Positions 50,629 through 60,283 of a stretch of 64,000 nt of DNA are shown here, in pieces. Source of the stretch: an uncultured candidate division Zixibacteria bacterium (GTDB taxonomy: Bacteria > Zixibacteria > MSB-5A5 > GN15 > PGXB01); assembly GCA_963702205.1 (NCBI GenBank), contig OY969724.1, forward strand, positions 3,456,001 to 3,520,000, in the 5' to 3' direction. How positions within the stretch are numbered: position 1 is the first letter of the stretch; each line of letters opens with the position of its first letter. The translations under genes and the position numbers were made by a program. The notes beneath the pieces are model-generated. The model saw nothing but the letters and a program-made list of their open reading frames with translations. It did no database searches and had not been told where the DNA came from.

Positions 50629-51622
50629 CCTTAAATACTTCCTCCATACCTTCTAAAACGGATGGTGGTTTGGCCACAGCGGAAATGTCCGATTTCCATA
50701 TCTTAATAATTTCTTCAATTTGATCTTGGCCTCTAATGTCTTTTAGAAATGGTAGCAACTCAATGCCAAATTGTGAGAAGTACTTCTTATAATGGTTAGC
50801 GAGTTCAAGGCTGCTTTTATAAAACGCAGATAAAATAAAGTGATTGCCACCAGGATCAAATTTAAGAAACTCTAATATTTCAAGTTCAGACGCGCCTGTC
50901 CCCGCAAATAGGACAGTTTTTTTTCTAAAAACATCTTGCAGAAAATTCCTTTTTAGTATAGAAGTGGGCCGATCTTGAGCATAAGCGTCTATATAGTCCT
51001 TAATTGTAATTATCATGTGGTCAGGCTCTCTAATGCTCCCATGTAAATGCTTTATTCTATCTGGCATAAGACTGTGAAGTGTCATTTCTTCGTCGGTAGA
51101 AGATGACATATTATTGTTATAGATAATGTTTAGATCTTTTTGTGGCGGTGATGAATCATCGGCTTGAACGGACTTTATGCCGTATCTATTCGGATTAGAC
51201 TCGATTGCTCTTTTCAAAGCATATTCGATATTGAGATCATAATTTACAGTAATATAAGTCGCCCTAAATTCGATTAAATGATCATAGATGTTTGGTTCAT
51301 AATTATTGGGAAATATATTTTGCCAGTTTTTCGCATTCGGAAACAACGTGCGATTATTATTCATTATTTGCCAAGCAATTGACAATAATCTTCTGGGATC
51401 CTTTATTGTTCTTAAATCCTCCAATTCTTTAAAATTAATCCCACCCGAATTGTATATGTGATCTAGAATTTTGTTGGCCAAGCCAAACCAAGTGGGACAT
51501 TTATTTCCCGAGCACATTGACAGTCCTGAGCCAACAAATATAACCAAATCTGAATTGCTCGATGCATCCAATATCCTATTAGGGATATCGGGGATAGGTA
51601 GTATTTCTGTTATTTTATTCAT
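50615..51622 (-). CDS. SIR2-like (SIR2_2) NAD-consuming domain protein
   Basis: VIFVGSGLS, ITVNYD, HLHGS (catalytic His), TVLFAG; AT-rich. Confidence 0.88.
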   Translation of the reverse strand: MNKITEILPIPDIPNRILDASSNSDLVIFVGSGLSMCSGNKCPTWFGLANKILDHIYNSGGINFKELEDLRTIKDPRRLLSIAWQIMNNNRTLFPNAKNWQNIFPNNYEPNIYDHLIEFRATYITVNYDLNIEYALKRAIESNPNRYGIKSVQADDSSPPQKDLNIIYNNNMSSSTDEEMTLHSLMPDRIKHLHGSIREPDHMIITIKDYIDAYAQDRPTSILKRNFLQDVFRKKTVLFAGTGASELEILEFLKFDPGGNHFILSAFYKSSLELANHYKKYFSQFGIELLPFLKDIRGQDQIEEIIKIWKSDISAVAKPPSVLEGMEEVFKGVKI

Positions 51623-52103
51623 AAATCACGCAACTTATCGAACCCCCGAATTTGTCGAATCTAATTATTCATATAATATATATTTCCATCAAATTAACCA
51701 ACCCCAAAATCCCAACCGAATCAATGGCAAATCTGCACGTCACGCTTTTATAGAGGCTATAATTATGTTTGATAATAGCGGAAATTCGATTGAAACGGAG
51801 ACAATCGCGGGCGAAAATTTAAAAAATGAACAAACAAACCCAATTCCCGGTAACAGCAACGCCCATATGTGGTTATCTATGCCAAAACACCCCGAAATCG
51901 ACCCCAAAATCAGGCCCGGGTCGCCAGCAGCTCGCTGTGGGATTCCCCTATTTAAACGCTGACGATCAAGTGATCAGTCTTGGCAGGTCGAAACCCCTGC
52001 CGAAGGTCCCGAAGAATGAAGGGCGGTTTCGACATCTTCATTATGCATCTTAAAAGATTATCTTTATTGCTTTATTCCATCTCTCACACTCTAAAAAATC
52101 AAA

Positions 52104-52124
52104 CAGGGCGGCAGTGCCGCCCTG
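52104..52124 (-). terminator. Intrinsic terminator
   Basis: CAGGGCGGC-agt-GCCGCCCTG followed on the minus strand by TTTGATTTTTT. Confidence 0.7.
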
Positions 52125-52138
52125 TACTATTCAGATGC

Positions 52139-52621
52139 TTAAAGTGGACAAACCGGCTCTGGGCCGGGCGGTGAATTGTACCGGTAAGAAATTAGATACA
52201 ATATATCGATTAGATTGACATTGGTATCGCCGTTGGCGTCGAGGAGCTCATCGCACCCCATGGGATTTCCAGGACCCGGCGGATCGTTGTACAAATGCGC
52301 AATCGTGTACAAAATATCGATCAAATTGACATTCAGATCGCTGTTGGCATCGCCCGGAACTCCCCAGGCCTGGCAGCAGTTCAAATTTCCTGTTTCAAAA
52401 TTCTGCCAGAACCCCTGGTGTACCGCGAAGGTGCCCGACGATACCGAACCCGCCGCGGTCTGACCGACAGTTCCGCTCAACGAAAAACCCCCGCCTGAGC
52501 TGTTTGTACTGCTTCCCGACGAAATCACCTGCCAGGGAATGTTCTCTCCGGCGGCAAATGCCCCGGAGAAAAGCAAGACCACAGCCATAAACCCACATAC
52601 TAAGTATGTTCGCATACTCAT
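52139..52621 (-). CDS. Small secreted protein: Gly/Ser N-terminal motif plus dockerin
   Basis: Signal peptide; SSGGGFSLSGTVGQTAAG...HQGFW; dockerin GDANSDLNVNLIDILY...DANGDTNVNLIDILYLI..PPGPEPVC. Confidence 0.85.
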   Translation of the reverse strand: MSMRTYLVCGFMAVVLLFSGAFAAGENIPWQVISSGSSTNSSGGGFSLSGTVGQTAAGSVSSGTFAVHQGFWQNFETGNLNCCQAWGVPGDANSDLNVNLIDILYTIAHLYNDPPGPGNPMGCDELLDANGDTNVNLIDILYLISYRYNSPPGPEPVCPL

Positions 52622-52636
52622 TATATCCTCCCGGGA

Positions 52637-55039
52637 TTATTTCTCGTTGAGCATTTTTTCCAGAAGGGCCTTTACTTCCGCCAGTTGATTTCTCAAGTCT
52701 TGGTTTTCCTTATTAAGTTCTTTAATAGCGGCCAGGGCTATTCCTGAGGGGTCTATGGTTGAGATGCTTTTATCATTGTCACCCACTCCGAAAACCGCCT
52801 TAAAATCCTGTGCGGTCGGACCGATATGAGTGATATTGTCCGACTCGTTTTTATAATTCCATTGGCTGATGTTCAATTGATCTATCTGCTGCAATAATTG
52901 CCGACCATCGACGGCCCGGAAATTTTCCTTGAGGTTGACGTCGGACGCATTGGTCCAGACGCCACCGGGCGTGCAGTGGGCGCCGGAGGCCAAGGCCAGC
53001 GGATTGACCGGATCCTGAATGCCAACGCCAAAACGACGTGCAACCATGCCGTCGCCTTCGGAATTGAATTCGACCTGACTGGCACCATTACCGTCAATGG
53101 AAAGCCTGCCTTTGACGGTACCGTCCCAGCCCTTCCTGAAACCCATCGCGACCTGGACGCCCGGCTCGTCAATCGCAATAGCCGCCGTGGTATCATCCAC
53201 GTTTGAACTTATTTGACGATCAGCTACGCCATCGGCGTCAAAATCAGTCGCACAAACGACGCTGCCGGAAAAGGCATCGGTACTGGATATAATCGAAACG
53301 GTGCGATTGTCATTGGCCCCGGTTCCTTTAGTTTTTATTGCCACGCTGGACGTCGTCGGAGTAAGCAGCTGTTCAATTTCCTGATCCGGGACCATGTCTC
53401 CGTCATCATCGATTTCACAGCGATGAACGGCATTGGCTTCATCGGTACTGGACGAAACAGATAAAGTGCGGTTATTATCGGCGCCAGTTCCTTTGCGATT
53501 TATCGCCACACTGGACATGGTTGGAGTAATTTGCAGAGTTGCATCGCAATCGTCCGTGCCGTCGCCGTCCAGGTCGCCTGCGACCATGACCGAGCTATTG
53601 GATTCATCGGTGCTGCATGCCACCGTCCGCTTGGCACTGGTTCCTTTGCTGTTGATAGCCAAACGCGCCCCGGCATCATCGCAGTCGTCATCTATCGATC
53701 GATCCAGTATGCCGTCGCCATCGAGATCGATAGCACAAGCAACACTGGCGCCGGATTGACTGGTACTGGAAATTACTGAAACACGGCCATTATCGTTAGC
53801 ACCCGTCCCCTTGGTCTTTATGGCGACACTGGAAGTCGTCGGGGTGACGATTGAAGAAATATCTGACTCGGGGACACCATCGCCATCCACGTCACTTTCT
53901 ATTGCCTGAACTGCCGAATCAGGATACGTCGTATGGCTGATCCGATTATTGTCGGCGCCAGTCCCCTTGGTTTTGATGGCGACATTGGAAGTTGTTGGCG
54001 TTAATCGCTGTGAATATTCCGTTTCCGGAACTCCGTCATCATCTTGGTCCACTTCCATAAGCATGAGGCCCCCGGCACCGCCTCCGCTTCCGAGAGTCAG
54101 AGCCATACGGGAGTCTGTCAGGCCATCGTCATCGGAATCGCAATCGCGGCTATCGGTAACAGAATCCGCTTCGGCTCTTAAAGTTATGGTGCCGTATTTG
54201 ACTCTTCCCGGTCGTTTACGAGCGAGTTGGACGGAACTTGAGGCAGCATCGTCAGTGATCGATACACCGTCCAACCCTGATGAACCGATGTTGCTGACCC
54301 GCATACTACTTGAAAAACCATCAGTTAACAGTTCGACACCATCGTTACCTGATGAACCCAAATTATTCAGCTTTAATCGCCGGGAGTTTCCTTCAATTTT
54401 AACTTCAACGCCATCCTGTCCAGACGAACCAATATTGTTCATGGATAAACGCCTGCCAGTGTCGTCGGCTACAATCTCGACACCATCCTGGCCGCTGGAA
54501 CCAATGTTGTTAAGTGTTACCCGGCTTGTGGTCGCGTCAGCCGAAATACTCACTCCGTCTAAACCACTTGAACCGAGATTGTCTCGCACAAGTAATTGTC
54601 CGCTGGCGGTTTGAATATCGCCGGAGACACGGCTGGCCGCGATCGAATACGGCGCGGATAGCAAAGGCGTTCGGGGCGACATGGGCGGCTGGCCGCCCAG
54701 CTGGACTTCCAGGTAAATCGCCCCGCCCGCACCGCCGCCACCGCCGCCACCGGAACCGGCCAGAATATCGGCCGTCAGGGGCACGGTTTCACCGATTTCG
54801 ACGGAAAAAAGCCCGTCGGTCACATGGACACTGGCGTGGTCTTCGGTCCAGAGCACCGTTCCCCCTGTTGGCGCATCGTACAAAGAAAAAGTCATGGAAT
54901 AGTCACCGGTTACCGGCTGGCTGCTCGCATCGAGAAGCCGCCCCTGGTAACTGATACTATCCGGAACGCCGGCAAATACGCCCGGCACCAAAACCATCAT
55001 TGCCGCGGCAATGGACGCAATGGCGCACTTTAAACGCAT
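52637..55039 (-). CDS. Secreted tail-fibre-like protein: YQGRL N-domain, repeat shaft, C-terminal peptidase S74 intramolecular chaperone
   Basis: Signal peptide; SYQGRLLD; 5 NxGSSGxDGV repeats; 5 AIxxKGT units with DxDxDG loops; WTNASDVNLKEN..WNYK..HIGPTAQDF..ALAAIKEL coiled coil. Confidence 0.85.
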   Translation of the reverse strand: MRLKCAIASIAAAMMVLVPGVFAGVPDSISYQGRLLDASSQPVTGDYSMTFSLYDAPTGGTVLWTEDHASVHVTDGLFSVEIGETVPLTADILAGSGGGGGGGAGGAIYLEVQLGGQPPMSPRTPLLSAPYSIAASRVSGDIQTASGQLLVRDNLGSSGLDGVSISADATTSRVTLNNIGSSGQDGVEIVADDTGRRLSMNNIGSSGQDGVEVKIEGNSRRLKLNNLGSSGNDGVELLTDGFSSSMRVSNIGSSGLDGVSITDDAASSSVQLARKRPGRVKYGTITLRAEADSVTDSRDCDSDDDGLTDSRMALTLGSGGGAGGLMLMEVDQDDDGVPETEYSQRLTPTTSNVAIKTKGTGADNNRISHTTYPDSAVQAIESDVDGDGVPESDISSIVTPTTSSVAIKTKGTGANDNGRVSVISSTSQSGASVACAIDLDGDGILDRSIDDDCDDAGARLAINSKGTSAKRTVACSTDESNSSVMVAGDLDGDGTDDCDATLQITPTMSSVAINRKGTGADNNRTLSVSSSTDEANAVHRCEIDDDGDMVPDQEIEQLLTPTTSSVAIKTKGTGANDNRTVSIISSTDAFSGSVVCATDFDADGVADRQISSNVDDTTAAIAIDEPGVQVAMGFRKGWDGTVKGRLSIDGNGASQVEFNSEGDGMVARRFGVGIQDPVNPLALASGAHCTPGGVWTNASDVNLKENFRAVDGRQLLQQIDQLNISQWNYKNESDNITHIGPTAQDFKAVFGVGDNDKSISTIDPSGIALAAIKELNKENQDLRNQLAEVKALLEKMLNEK

Positions 55040-55596
55040 TTCACGCTCCTTCTTGTGATAGGTTTGTTGTGTAATCCTGCTTTAGGTGTTTCTCGATGAA
55101 ATCCCACAGCTATATTCTTAAATACGCAGCCTTGCCGTAATATAGAAGATATATTAGACCTATAATATCCAATTTATTAAATAAATTCCGCCCATCATTG
55201 CCATACCCCATCCCCCGTTACCTGTTCTGGTTTTTAATTTTTAGTGAAATTTACAGATTACTTATTTAAAATCGCAGACATTCCCAATACAAATGACATC
55301 TGACAAGATCGCACAAGATGTTGAATAACTGAGATTTATATGAACCTTGCGGATTTACGTCCGGGTGGCCACTCCAAACTTGTTTGGAGTGGGTGTTCAT
55401 TGAACATGCAAAAACAAAAATTTCCAAATTCGAACCCATTTCCCTGCAACCTGTATCTGTCAATGCGGTTATGAAAGATATGAATGCGAAAGACGTTAAT
55501 TACGACCGCCCAAATTTGACTGGCTTTGGCGTATATGTGATTACTATATTATGGCTTCAATACGACTGATTAAATGATGGAGGGCCTAAACGCATT

Positions 55597-56166
55597 ATGA
55601 AAATTGTACTATCAATAGTGATGTTCCTCTGGAGCTTGTCGATGCTTATCGGCTGCAGCTCACCCCACGTGCAGCCGTCACTCATTTCCCCCGAAACAAA
55701 AAGTATCGACACATGGTACATAAACCTTGTCAATGACCGAACCGCGGCCGATTCGCTGCCGTCGATCGCCGCCTTACGTCAGGAATTCGGGGTCGACGAA
55801 AAAGCCAAAGACTACATTGAAGCCGTCAAAATACATCTCGTCGACAACGGCATCAACGTTTCGGACGACCCGACCGATGCCGTAGGTACGATTAATGTCA
55901 AAGTCCAGGGACCGGGAATGTACGGTGAGATACACGACGTTCAAAAGGGCATGCAAGCGGGGTACACGAAGCGTGCCCCGGACGATACTGATACCCTGAC
56001 TTCCTATGTCGAATTAAAAGAAACCAACAACGTCTCCGAGGTTAATATCAACCTGAAAAGCCCCGACGGGCGTTTCCTGGGGCAGGTCGACATCGACGGC
56101 CACAGAATCAAGCCCGAATTCACTGCCGACGTTATCAAGAAGTTGATTAGAACGGGAGAATACTGA
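55597..56166 (+). CDS. Hypothetical lipoprotein
   Basis: GGAGG SD; lipobox LIGC; 189 aa with typical codon usage. Confidence 0.7.
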   Translation: MKIVLSIVMFLWSLSMLIGCSSPHVQPSLISPETKSIDTWYINLVNDRTAADSLPSIAALRQEFGVDEKAKDYIEAVKIHLVDNGINVSDDPTDAVGTINVKVQGPGMYGEIHDVQKGMQAGYTKRAPDDTDTLTSYVELKETNNVSEVNINLKSPDGRFLGQVDIDGHRIKPEFTADVIKKLIRTGEY

Positions 56167-56174
56167 CAATAAAG

Positions 56175-56203
56175 AAAGGCGGTCTCAAATCGAAACCGCC
56201 TTT
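56175..56203. terminator. Bidirectional terminator between convergent genes
   Basis: AAAGGCGGT-ctcaaatcgaa-ACCGCCTTT. Confidence 0.75.
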
Positions 56204-56233
56204 GTACTATGGTGACGATATTTTGTACTAAAG

Positions 56234-57067
56234 CTATTCTTTCAGTTTCTTCTCAACTACTTGTCCGACTATGGCGATATCCATCTTGTTGCCGTTTTTG
56301 ATTTCGACTCGGTCTTTATGCAATACGGCTCCCAGGATACCTCCCGCGGCCGCCCCGACCACGGCACCTTTGGCGGCACCCGATGTTTTCTTATTACCCC
56401 CGGTGATCGCTCCCAGAACGCCTCCGGCGATGGCTCCGATTCCGGCGTCCTTGGCTACCGTCCCGGTCTTGCTCCCGGCCTTGATCACACCGTCGCCGTC
56501 ATTGGTGACGATGTACCCTTCCATTGGAACACCATTCTCACCCGGAAGAATAAACTTCGTGAACTTGGGCAGTATCCACGCCGACTCCCCCTCGCTTTTG
56601 CCGTCGGACATCTGCGCGATCTCGCCCTCGATTATCGTCCCTTCCGGAAACTGTGATGGCTGACCTTTCTCGGCCGGACCAAGCACCATGACGCGGAATT
56701 TGTCGCCGACCTTATTGGTTTCGGTCGAAAGATCGGTCAGCATTTCCACCTCCAGCTGATCACCCTGATTAAGAAGCACCGTCTCGACATATTGAGGCTT
56801 CGGCACGGGCTTCGGTTCCGGTTTCAGCTCCGGTTTTGGCTGTGGTTTGGGCTGGGGTTTGGCTTCCGGCTGTTTCTCCGCAACGGTCGGCTGCGGTTTG
56901 GGTTGTTCCGTCACGGTTGTATCGAGGAGGGTCGATTCGCCTGTATCCTGCGGCAATACGGCCTGATCCCCGGTTTTTTCGGATTTGCCCTCTTTTTCGC
57001 CACCGCAGGAAATAATCAGAAGTCCCGCGAACAAGGCAACTGTCATAAAAATCAAAATCCTCTTCAT
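56234..57067 (-). CDS. Lipoprotein with Pro/Lys linker and glycine-zipper C-terminus
   Basis: GGAG SD; lipobox IISC; (KPQP)n; GIGAIAGGVLGA..GAVVGAAAGGILGA. Confidence 0.75.
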   Translation of the reverse strand: MKRILIFMTVALFAGLLIISCGGEKEGKSEKTGDQAVLPQDTGESTLLDTTVTEQPKPQPTVAEKQPEAKPQPKPQPKPELKPEPKPVPKPQYVETVLLNQGDQLEVEMLTDLSTETNKVGDKFRVMVLGPAEKGQPSQFPEGTIIEGEIAQMSDGKSEGESAWILPKFTKFILPGENGVPMEGYIVTNDGDGVIKAGSKTGTVAKDAGIGAIAGGVLGAITGGNKKTSGAAKGAVVGAAAGGILGAVLHKDRVEIKNGNKMDIAIVGQVVEKKLKE

Positions 57068-57261
57068 GGCGCTCTCCTCCAAAATTGCGTTATATCCTTT
57101 TTTAAGCATTATATGATTAAACACTCGTGGTTCCCATTTCAACAAAAAGATTGGGAAATCATATTAATCCAAAAGTCCTTGATTTTGCCCGGAATTTGTG
57201 TTTATTTGACCTTTTGCAATTGGCGACGGTTTAAGTATTAGCCGTCGTAAAGTATAAAACT

Positions 57262-57334
57262 GGGGCAGTAGCTCAATTGGGAGAGCACCACGTTCGCAAC
57301 GTGGGGGTCGGCGGTTCGAGCCCGCTCTGCTCCA
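57262..57334 (+). tRNA. tRNA-Ala (anticodon CGC), CCA not encoded
   Basis: Acceptor GGGGCAG/CTGCTCC with G3:U70; anticodon arm CCACG-TTCGCAA-CGTGG; GGTTCGAG T-loop. Confidence 0.95.
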
Positions 57335-57363
57335 TTTTATAATCTTGGGGAGAAAGCTGTAAA

Positions 57364-57631
<268 letters not shown>

Positions 57632-57644
57632 ATAAAATATCATT

Positions 57645-59327
57645 ATGTCATACCAGGTTCTGGCCAGGAAATATCGCCCGCAGCAGTTCGATGATATCAT
57701 CGCCCAGCGACACATCTCGAAAACGCTGAAAAGCGCCATAGAATCGGGACGGATTTCATCGGGATATCTTTTCACCGGTCCGCGCGGCACCGGCAAAACC
57801 ACGACCGCCCGCGTCCTGGCCAAAGCCCTCAACTGCGTCGAAGGCCCGACCCCAACCCCGTGCGACAAATGCGCATCATGCAAAGAAATCATGTCAGGTT
57901 CCGCCCTGGACGTCCTCGAAATCGACGCCGCATCCAATACCGGAGTCGATGACGTTCGGGCTCTGCGGGAAAACGTACGCTATTTGCCGACTACCGGCAA
58001 AAAAAGAATATATATCATTGACGAAGTCCACCGCTTGTCCGGTTCGGCCTTTGACGCTCTGCTTAAAACCCTCGAGGAGCCGCCGCCGCACGTGGTCTTC
58101 ATATTTGCCACCACCGAGCCACATAAGGTTCCGGAGACGATTCGTTCGCGTACTCAGCGCTATGATTTTCACCGGGTTGGTGTGGCGGAACTCGCGGCGC
58201 ACGTGTTGAAAATCGCGGAGAATGAAAGTCTGATGCTCGATGACGCCGCGGCCTTTATCATCGCCCGCAAAGCCGATGGCTCGGTCCGCGACAGCCTGTC
58301 ACTTCTGGACCAGCTATCCGCCTTCTCCGGAGAGAAAATCGACGCCGAAAAAGTGGTTGAGGCGCTCGGCCTGATCGACTCAAGGTTTTTCTCGGACTAT
58401 ATCGAGACTATCGCGTCCAGGGACCAGTCGGCGGCCCTCGAAAAAATCGTCGAACTGGTCAATTCCGGCGCAGAAATTTCAGAATTCTGCGGCGGGCTGG
58501 CTCTTTATGTGCGGAGCCTGATGATCGCCAAAAACGCCCGGAACCCGGATAAAATCCTCGAGGTCACCACGGCCGAACTTGAAGAAATAAAGAAACAGGC
58601 CGAATATTTTTCGACCGGTGACCTGCTTCGTATGATCAAAGCAGTGACCGATATGACACTGGATTTGAAAAGCGGGCTGGACCCGAGGCTTTTGCTCGAA
58701 ACAATGACCCTTAAATTAGCCAGCATGGAATCTACGGTTCGTTTCGAAGAAATTTTGGCGCGGCTGTCCGAAGAAGATTCGGAAACATCGGGACCGAACA
58801 GCGGCGGAGATCTGTTTGGCAAATCGACTGCTCCGCCGGTCAAGAAGGATTTTCCTTCAGGAGAAGATCCGGTTGCCTCCGCTCCCCCTCCGCGCGAAAG
58901 CGCTCCTCCCCTGACCGGGGCTCTTGTAAACCTGCCGATGGTACAGTCGAAATGGGTCGACTTCACCGAGCAGGTAAAAAAGCACAATCGAATGCTCGCG
59001 GCTCTTCTGTCGATGGCCGAGATACGCGAAGTACGCGACAATGTCATCACCGCCGTATTTTATAACGCGGGCGGGACATCCAAACAGGTGCTGGAAAAAG
59101 CGGACTATATCACAGCCATTCATAATGAGTTGCGTTCGTTTTTTAAAACGCCGTTAAAAGTAAAGTATGAAATTGATCCGTCAAAAAAGCCGGAAAGTTC
59201 CGAGACCAGAGCCCCGTCGGTGGAAAAAATCGACGCTGATAAAATACTTGAATCGGACAAAAAACTGAAAGATATTGTCGAACGTTTCAACGGTGAAATT
59301 GTCGGAAAAAAGAAAGTGGATGATTAA
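57645..59327 (+). CDS. dnaX: DNA polymerase III subunit gamma/tau
   Basis: SYQVLARKYRP, GPRGTGKTT, zinc motif CDKCASC, IIDEVH, LKTLEEPP. Confidence 0.97.
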   Translation: MSYQVLARKYRPQQFDDIIAQRHISKTLKSAIESGRISSGYLFTGPRGTGKTTTARVLAKALNCVEGPTPTPCDKCASCKEIMSGSALDVLEIDAASNTGVDDVRALRENVRYLPTTGKKRIYIIDEVHRLSGSAFDALLKTLEEPPPHVVFIFATTEPHKVPETIRSRTQRYDFHRVGVAELAAHVLKIAENESLMLDDAAAFIIARKADGSVRDSLSLLDQLSAFSGEKIDAEKVVEALGLIDSRFFSDYIETIASRDQSAALEKIVELVNSGAEISEFCGGLALYVRSLMIAKNARNPDKILEVTTAELEEIKKQAEYFSTGDLLRMIKAVTDMTLDLKSGLDPRLLLETMTLKLASMESTVRFEEILARLSEEDSETSGPNSGGDLFGKSTAPPVKKDFPSGEDPVASAPPPRESAPPLTGALVNLPMVQSKWVDFTEQVKKHNRMLAALLSMAEIREVRDNVITAVFYNAGGTSKQVLEKADYITAIHNELRSFFKTPLKVKYEIDPSKKPESSETRAPSVEKIDADKILESDKKLKDIVERFNGEIVGKKKVDD

Positions 59328-59341
59328 CATAAAGGAGCATC

Positions 59342-59671
59342 GTGATGAATAAAGGTCAACTCGGGGGTATGATGAAACAGATTCAGCAGATGCAGGCCAA
59401 AATGGAGAAAATCCAGGCCGAACTTGAAGAAATGGAAGTTGAAGGCACGTCGGGCGGCGGCATGGTCAAATGCACCGTCAACGGCAAACAGGAGGTGCTG
59501 GAAATAAAGATCGACCCGGAAGTGGTTAATCCCGATGACGTTGAAATGCTTCAGGACCTGATCGTGGCGGCCGTCAACCAGGCCCGCCAGAAGGCCCAGG
59601 AAATTCAGCAGGAACAGATGAGCCAGTTGACCGGCGGCCTGAACCTTCCCGGCATGAACCTGCCCTTCTGA
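59342..59671 (+). CDS. ybaB: YbaB/EbfC nucleoid-associated protein
   Basis: MQAKM, SGGGMVK, DDVEMLQDLIVAAVN; between dnaX and recR. Confidence 0.95.
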   Translation: MMNKGQLGGMMKQIQQMQAKMEKIQAELEEMEVEGTSGGGMVKCTVNGKQEVLEIKIDPEVVNPDDVEMLQDLIVAAVNQARQKAQEIQQEQMSQLTGGLNLPGMNLPF

Positions 59672-59677
59672 TCGAAT

Positions 59678-60277
59678 ATGTTTGACCGGACTGAATCCGT
59701 CAACCGGCTTATAACGCTTCTGGCCCAGCTGCCCGGCATCGGGCGAAAATCGGCGGGACGGCTGGCGTTTTATATTCTCAAGGCTCGCCGCGAGGACGCT
59801 CTGGAACTGGCCGAGGCCATACAGGACGTGAAAGACAAGGTCGGTTTCTGCACCCGCTGTAACAATATTACCGAAGACGACCCATGCTATATCTGCACCG
59901 ATCCCAGGCGCGATCAAAATACTATCTGTGTCGTCGAAGAGGCCATGGACCTGGCGGCGCTGGAAAAATCCGAGGGCTTTAAGGGTGTTTATCACGTTTT
60001 GGGCGGACGGATATCCCCACTCGACGGCATCGGCCCCGATGATATCAAAATCAAGGAACTGCTCGAACGGCTCGACGATAATACGAAAGAAATAATTATC
60101 GCCACCAATCCCAACGTCGAAGGTGAAGCTACGGCTATCTATCTGGCAAAACTTTTGAAACCGATGGGTGTAAAAATAACCAGGATTGCCCGGGGCCTGC
60201 CGGTCGGAAGCGATCTTGAATACGCCGACGGTATGACCCTGTCGAGAGCCCTGGAAGGACGCCGCGAAATCGATTAG
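59678..60277 (+). CDS. recR: Recombination mediator RecR
   Basis: LPGIGRKSA, C4 zinc finger, YHVLGG, ATNPNVEGEATA, TRIARGLPVG. Confidence 0.97.
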   Translation: MFDRTESVNRLITLLAQLPGIGRKSAGRLAFYILKARREDALELAEAIQDVKDKVGFCTRCNNITEDDPCYICTDPRRDQNTICVVEEAMDLAALEKSEGFKGVYHVLGGRISPLDGIGPDDIKIKELLERLDDNTKEIIIATNPNVEGEATAIYLAKLLKPMGVKITRIARGLPVGSDLEYADGMTLSRALEGRREID

Positions 60278-60283
60278 AGCGTT

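Noticed and set aside
50600..50660. SIR2 and partner as one frameshifted gene
   Set aside because: A GTG start with upstream GGAGG and a short overlap fit translational coupling, and no slippery run is evident; not fully excluded without reads
51471..52174. Plus-strand ORFs upstream of SIR2
   Set aside because: Overlap the SIR2 antisense strand or palindromic intergenic DNA; no motifs
52637..55039. Prophage or tailocin suggested by the S74 tail-fibre domain
   Set aside because: Protein has a Sec signal peptide, and no capsid, sheath, baseplate, terminase or integrase genes are nearby
57262..57334. tRNA-Ala as attachment site for the AT-rich island
   Set aside because: No duplicate of the tRNA 3' end and no integrase seen in the window
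59183..59189. In-frame A_AAA_AAG slippery heptamer in dnaX
   Set aside because: Lies near codon 514 of 560, too late to give a gamma-like product, with no clear upstream SD or downstream stimulatory hairpin
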